64,000 nucleotides of DNA from positions 29,760,001-29,824,000 of the forward strand of contig OZ024748.1 of the NCBI GenBank assembly GCA_964016885.1, read 5' to 3'. Position numbers and translations under genes: made by a program. Within the stretch, counting starts at the first letter, position 1. Each line of letters begins with the position of its first letter. The notes under the pieces are model-generated. The model did not search any database, was not told where the DNA came from, and was given only the letters and a program-made list of their open reading frames with translations. Below, piece after piece: positions 57,615 through 64,000 of this stretch. Origin of the DNA: Eledone cirrhosa (taxonomy: Eukaryota).

Positions 57615-57859
57615 ATACATATATACGTAAGTATGTGTGTTAGTGTTCACTGAATCTTGAAGATTCTATGAGCAAAGAGTGGGAAGAACAACACATCTTT
57701 TATAAACGGAAGGAAATTTAGCTTGTTGGCCGGAAACTAGAAACCGGAAGGGGCTTCTTCTACTTGACAGACCGCCCACCTCTTCATAGTAATGACCTTC
57801 CCAATAACTGCTGCTAAGGAAGCTGTGGATTGCATCATACCGTCCCCACCGCCAGCTGT

Positions 57860-59640
57860 TGTTACTGCTATTTGTTGTTGTTTTTGATGTTGTTGCTTTT
57901 GCTTTTATTAAAGTTGCTACAACTACTACTGTGGCTATTACTACTGCTGCTGTAGTTGCTGATGTCGCTGTTGCTGTTATTGCTGTTGTTATTGCTACAA
58001 CTATTGCTGTTGTTATTGTTGCTGTGCTGCTGTTACTACTGCTGTTATTGCAACCACTACTATTACTGCTGCTGCTACTGTTGCTGTTACTGTTGCTGCT
58101 ACTGTTGTTGTTGATGTTGCTGCTGTGGTTATGGCTATTACTGCTGTTGTTATGGCTATTACTGCTGTTGTTATGGCTATTACTGCTGTTGTTATGGCTA
58201 TTACTGTTGTTATGGCTATTACTGCTGTTGTTATGGCTATTACTGTTGTTATGGCTATTACTGTTGTTATGGCTATTACTGCTGTTGTTATGGCTATTAC
58301 TGTTGTTATGGCTATTACTGCTGTTGTTATGGCTATTACTGCTGTTGTTATGGCTATTACTGTTGTTATGGCTATTACTGTTGTTATGGCTATTACTGTT
58401 GTTATGGCTATTACTGCTGTTGTTATGGCTATTACTGTTGTTATGGCTATTACTGCTGTTGTTATGGCTATTACTGCTGTTGTTATGGCTATTACTGTTG
58501 TTATGGCTATTACTGTTGTTATGGCTATTACTGCTGTTGTTATGGCTATTACTGTTGTTATGGCTATTACTGCTGTTGTTATGGCTATTACTGTTGTCAT
58601 GGCTATTACTGCTGTTGTTATGGCTATTACTGTTGTTATGGCTATTACTGTTGTTATGGCTATTACTGCTGTTGTTATGGCTATTACTGTTGTTATGGCT
58701 ATTACTGCTGTTGTTATGGCTATTACTGTTGTCATGGCTATTACTGCTGTTGTTATGGCTATTACTGTTGTTATGGCTATTACTGTTGTTATGGCTATTA
58801 CTGCTGTTGTTATGGCTATTACTGTTGTTATGGCTATTACTGCTGTTGTTATGGCTATTACTGCTGTTGTTATGGCTATTACTGTTGTTATGGCTATTAC
58901 TGTTGTTATGGCTATTACTGCTGTTGTTATGGCTATTACTGTTGTTATGGCTATTACTGCTGTTGTTATGGCTATTACTGTTGTTATGGCTATTACTGTT
59001 GTTATGGCTATTACTGCTGTTGTTATGGCTATTACTGCTGTTGTTATGGCTATTTCTGCTGTTGTTATGGCTATTACTGTTGTTATGGCTATTACTGCTG
59101 TTGTTATGGCTATTACTGCTGTTGTTATGGCTACTACTGCTGTTGTTATGGCTATTACTGCTGTTGTTATGGCTATTACTGCTGTTGTTATGGCTACTAC
59201 TGCTCTTGTTATGGCTATTACTGCTGTTGTTATGGCTATTACTGCTGTTGTTATGGCTATTACTGTTGTTATGGCTATTACTGCTGTTGTTATGGCTATT
59301 ACTGCTGTTGTTATGGCTACTACTGCTGTTGTTATGGCTATTACTGCTGTTGTTATGGCTACTACTGCTGTTGTTATGGTTATTACTGCTGTTGTTATGG
59401 CTATTACTGCTGTTGTTATGGCTACTACTGCTGTTGTTATGGCTTTACTGCTGTTGTTATGGCTATTACTGCTGTTGTTATGGCTACTACTGCTGTTGTT
59501 ATGGCTACTACTGTTGTTGTTATGGCTACTACTGCTGTTGTTATGGCTACTACTGCTGTTGTTGTGGCTACTACTGTTGTTGTTATGACTACTACTGTTG
59601 TTGTTATGGCTATTACTGTTGTTGTTATGGCTACTACTAC
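57860..59640. repeat. Trinucleotide-derived minisatellite, 18/21 bp units GTTGTTATGGCTATTACT(GCT)
   Basis: Directly visible, with degenerate (GTT/GCT/ACT)n flanks. Confidence 0.95.
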
Positions 59641-59649
59641 TGAGTGTAT

Positions 59650-61020
59650 TATAGTGAAATAAGATAACAAGGACGATTGGTTACTCCTTCATTACATTTA
59701 TTGGTTGGTGACGCGCGTTTCGCCACTGATCAGCTCAAGGTTCGATCTGACCCGACTCTGTAATCCGCAGCTCGTCAGACCCCTTGTAATGTTAATAGAA
59801 AATGAATACATGCTGTATGATAAAGTCAGAATTTCCTATGGTGGTCATTAAAGTTTGTTTTGATTGGTGGATTAATCCATAGGGATGTTTTTGCCTGTAG
59901 TGTATGTGGGGTGGGTGGCTGTGGTGATAAGTTGGCGGTGACGGTCGCAGGTTGAAGTGGGGGGTAGTGTGGGGGTGCTGGCTGTCGATAGACAGTTTGG
60001 CATGTAGATGTGGCTGATTTTTGTGTGTTGTGTGGGTGTGGTGTTGTTGTTTGTGGTGTCATTTCCACAAGGAGATACATATATAGACACACTAAGTCTG
60101 ACAAATACGTTGTATACATACACATGAGAGAGAGCCAGTGGAGATGGCGTTGTACAAATATACTTACACACAGACACACACACACATGCGTTGTTTAGGG
60201 AGGGATGATATGTGTTGGTGATGTTGATGGTTGTGGAAGTATGGCAATGTGCCTGGTGGTGGTGGGGGTGGGTGCGACATGATATTTACAGGATCGAATT
60301 TTACGATGGATTACAGGTTAAAATGTGACATAGGGAACACGGGAAAAACAAGGTTGTGAATGAGGGATGGTGGACGTATGGCGATGTGTTTGGCGGTGGG
60401 GGTGATTTGTTCGACATTATATTTACAGGATCGGATGTTACGATGGGTTACAAGTTAAAACTTGACAGAGAGGACAGATAGAACACAATGGTACTGAGAT
60501 GAGGGATGTATGGCGATGTGTCTGTTGGTGGCGGTGGTGGGGGTGATGGATGCGACAGATATTTACAAAATCTGATCTTACAATGGGTTACATGTTATAG
60601 AAGACAAATGACCTGAGATGAGGGACGGTGTGGCAAGGCAAATGTGGTTATCCCTATGTTGTGTCAGGGTTAGTGGGTGGCCCTCGGCCGAATGTTTGTG
60701 CAGAGAAGGTGGTCATTCTGGTGTGTCTACAGTTTATAATTATGTCAGATTTTGAGTTTATGGCTGATTTCAATTTAATGATCTCAGCCGCCTCGGCCAA
60801 GCATAACCTGCAGTGGTTTCTGTTGCTGGGGAATTGGGCCACGCGTCTTTTAACTGACCATTTGATCTGGTATTCGATGTTCTTGTCTTTGAGGTCCCAG
60901 ATCAAGTCCGCCAGTCTTGTTTGGGATCGTTTGGGCCTGTATTTGAAGGAGCATTTGTGGTTATACCAGCGCTCCTTAAACGTAGTCGAGGTCGCTCCTA
61001 TGTAGGAGTATTCTTTTCGG
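59650..61020 (-). mobile_element. 3' part of a Penelope-like element (GIY-YIG, 3' region with three about-135 bp tandem repeats at 60200-60630, and HHR)
   Basis: YSYIGATSTTFKERWYNHKCSF...IWDLKD...CRLCLAE...CRH. Confidence 0.82.
59690..59791 (-). ncRNA. Type I hammerhead, canonical core, long stem II
   Basis: Minus strand CATTACA agg GGT-CTGACGA-GCTGC...GTGGC-GAAAC GCGC GTC-ACC...TGTAATG, with palindromic stem III. Predicted cut between 59710 and 59709. Confidence 0.87.
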
Positions 61021-61070
61021 CCATATATAAGAATAACATTTTAAAATGCTGATATTGCATAAATCGTTTA

Positions 61071-61161
61071 TTCATTATAATTATTTCAATGGTTCCCTTA
61101 TGCAATCCAAGAAGTAACGTATGCATTTGTTGTTGGTATGGGAACGATATCTTCAGATGAA
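61071..61161 (-). ncRNA. Type I hammerhead, canonical core
   Basis: Minus strand TTCAT-CTGAAGA-T AT c GTTCCC...GGGAAC c AT T-GAAA TAATT ATA-ATGAA, with palindromic stem III. Confidence 0.78.
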
Positions 61162-61237
61162 GATCTGATTATGTGATATCCTGTAAGCAAAAAAAAAAAA
61201 AAAAAAAAAAAAATGTCCTTCGTCCTTCTCGTGTGTC

Positions 61238-61305
<68 letters not shown>

Positions 61306-62099
61306 CAAAGATTACGCAAGTCTACCACGTCATCATCAGGCAGAAGTCAATAAAAAAAGTGGGATAAATTATTCAGATATGATATTTGAAAAGAAATTAA
61401 AGAAAACGAGAATAAAAGAGAAATACAGTAATTCGTCTAGTAGATAGCTTATTATTAAACATAGCTATTGCAATACCAAGGTACATTACAACCTCTAGAG
61501 TTAATATAAAGAAGAAAACTTTATTAATAGCAAGTATAAATTTTATGGTTAAAAATATAGTCAGATCGAGAGATCTTGATACCACGCATACACACACGCA
61601 TACACACACGCATACACACACACAGACAGACAGACACACACACAGACACACACACAATCACATACACACGCACACACTCACATCACTTACTCACATGCAC
61701 GCACACACACACACACACGTATTTACATATACACACGCACCCACACATACACACGCACATACACACACATATACACATGCACAAGTACACAGAAACGTTT
61801 CATAAGTTGATCAGTGATGTTGAAAAGAATCGTTGTTCTGTGACGACAGTCTTTAGTTATTATCTCCCCTGTCATCACCCAGCATCTGGCAGAACTGGGT
61901 CAGAACGTGGGATCTAGGTCAAATCTTAAATTCGAGACCTTGTTCTTTGTTAATTGTTCCTCGGGAGCCGTTTGGACCATTGGCAGGCGGTGGATGGTGC
62001 TAAATAAAGCAGCCGATACACACACAAAAAAAAAAAAACACACACACACACATATTAATTTATGAAAATATATACATACATACATGTATGTATGTGTGT

Positions 62100-62450
62100 G
62101 TGTATGTTGAGCAAGGCTTTTGCTGACAGAGTTGATCACAGCAGCCTGTTGAAGAAATTATTTAGAATCAGAAGTTTCTATAGTGGATTGAGTGTTTTCT
62201 GGTAACAGAACCCAGCATGTTGTGATCGAGGAGCAGTACAATTCATAAGTGGTGTCCTACAAGGCACTGTGTTGAACTCACATCTCTTCATTATTTCTAT
62301 CAATGACATCATAGACATCACCAAGTACAACAAAATAGGAATCTCCGTTGATGATTCAAAGCTACAGAATGTCGTCAAGGGAGTGGGAGTCCGGACATAC
62401 ATACCTTCAATCGGATCTGCTTGCTGTTATTCAATTGGTGCAGAAAAATA
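62100..62450 (+). mobile_element. Decayed CR1-like RT remnant
   Basis: SKAF..RVDH and SGVLQGTVL..HLFIISINDI...VDDSKL. Confidence 0.65.
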
Positions 62451-62479
62451 ACAAAGAAACAAAGAAACACACAAATCAA

Positions 62480-63005
62480 TACGTTATTTGAGATAATCCA
62501 CTTTGGAAAAGAAAATTTAAGTTACCATGTTCGGACGAAACCCACGTTGCATCCATCAAACTTTTAACACAATATGGTGACAGTGAACTACCATTAGAAG
62601 TGTGTATAAGTGGATCGAAAAGTTTAAAAGAAGCCGGACAAGCGTGACGTACGAAGGAGTAGGACGCCCACCAACCTCCACCACGAATGAGAAGATTCAG
62701 TAAGCTCGAGAGATGGTAATGGCGAATCGGCGAGTTATCACCGAAGAGGTAGCATGTTCTCTGCAGATTAGTCATGGTTCTGCTTATTAAATTATCCACG
62801 ACTAGCTCAGCTTCTATAAAGTCTATGTGAGATGGGTACCAAGAGAGCTTACCACAGCACAAATACAAATGTGTTGAGGTCCACCAACGTTTACTTGATC
62901 GCTACAACAATGAAGGTGAAGAATTTTTTTAGCAGAATGGTCACAGAAGAGGAAACGTGGGTCCATGACTCTAAGCAGAGTATGAAGTGGAAATATCCTG
63001 GTGCA
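62480..63005 (+). pseudogene. mariner transposase remnant
   Basis: VYKWIEKFK..RTSV....GRP...NRRV...VRWVPRELT (WVPHEL motif) and RMVTEEETWVH (TGDETW motif), with in-frame stops. Confidence 0.85.
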
Positions 63006-64000
63006 TACGAGGGTCTTCTTCCTCTTGGTCAATGAGGCCGGGGTCATCCTAAGCCAGCGATCTCGAAGCATCGTCGTGCATAGAGCCGACCAGGTCCACC
63101 AGCGCCCTCCATCATTGGCGGTCCCATGCCAGCTCCTCTGCATCATCCAAGGTGATGTCGAACCTCCGGAGAGAGTGACGACATCCAGCCATCTGGTGCG
63201 GGGCCTGCCATGGGGTTTCTTCCAGTCGAACGACAGTAAGGCTCGGGTAGGATGATCTGGTTGAAAGCGAAGGACATGTCTGAGCCAGCGCATGCGGCGG
63301 CTAGCTACGAGGCGGGAAGCTGTGGAATGATGTGTGCACGCACGCAACACTTTGTTAGAAACGTGGTGGTCCCATCTGATTTTTTTTAAGGTCCTCAGGG
63401 CTCTGCTATCGAAGCTATCGATCCTCTTTGCCAGAGTCTTTGTGAGGGGCCACGTCTCTGCTCCATAGAGGACGGAGAGGACCATTGCGTTGTAAATACG
63501 GAGCTTCGTCTTCTGGGAGTTTGAGCAATGGCTACAAAGGGGCTTCCATAGGGTGTGCATTATCCCGGATGCCAGGTCACATCTGCGGCTGATCTCCGGC
63601 GTCAGGTCTCCATTGCTGGTGAGAGTCGAGCCCAGGTAAATGAATGAGTTGAGAAACTCCACGGCGTCGGGGCCAATATAATGCGGAGAGGGATCCGGGT
63701 CATTGTCAACATGCATAAGCTTTGTCTTCGCCCAGCTTACCTGAAGGCTAAGCTTTGCTGACTCATCTCGGTATATGGTCAGTGCGTCTTTGAGTGATTG
63801 AGTTGATGAATAAGGTGGTGTCGTCTGAGTTGATGAATAAGGTGGTGTCGCCTGTGTACTCCAGGTCGGTTAGGTGGTAATTCCCGAAGGTAGCGTCAGA
63901 AACTCGCTCACAAACCTTGGTCATCAGATAATCGATGACACAGTTGAAGAGGTCGGGGGCAGCCACGCAGCCCTATCTGATCCCGCTGTTGATGGGAAAC
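63006..64000 (-). mobile_element. RTE-clade LINE RT/C-terminal fragment, continuing beyond the window
   Basis: APDLFN, FIYLGS, KLRIYNA.VLSVLYGAETW, RRMRWL.HV, GRPRTRW. Confidence 0.87.

Noticed and set aside
57650-59670. Leu/Trp-rich and Ser/Asn/His-rich reading frames in the minisatellite, ending in a unique-looking SWRWGRYDAIHSF peptide on the minus strand
   Set aside because: The frame breaks at about 57872, 58025 and 59445, there is no recognisable domain, and triplet-based repeats stay open by chance.

Overview
AT-rich, repeat-dense animal genomic DNA, most likely a cephalopod such as Octopus (inferred from the (TA)n load and the SINE/LINE mix, not proven). There is one clear host exon, on the minus strand at 2816-3007, encoding part of the extracellular domain of a BMP type II receptor (BMPR2/wishful-thinking-like). 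The rest is intron or intergenic sequence. It holds about 8 kb of interrupted (TA)n arrays, a 200-N gap, three long minisatellites, two SINE families and many transposon copies: a near-complete CR1/L2-group LINE plus a second internal copy, a near-complete RTE LINE, several Penelope-like elements (PLEs), and R4-like, Tx1/L1-like, mariner, hAT and Helitron remnants. The main signal missed by the ORF track is about 17 hand-folded hammerhead ribozyme (HHR) motifs on both strands. They include a tandem pair 318 nt apart that looks like a retrozyme/circRNA unit, a recurrent compensated U3-A8 core variant in unrelated families, a recurrent U·U at the base of stem II, and a back-to-back opposite-polarity pair. 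The CR1/L2 LINE has an unusual ORF1 (Myb/SANT-like plus CCCH finger) and an HIV-type slippery site that would fuse ORF1 to an AUG-less ORF2 by -1 frameshift. All structures were folded by eye and element boundaries are approximate.
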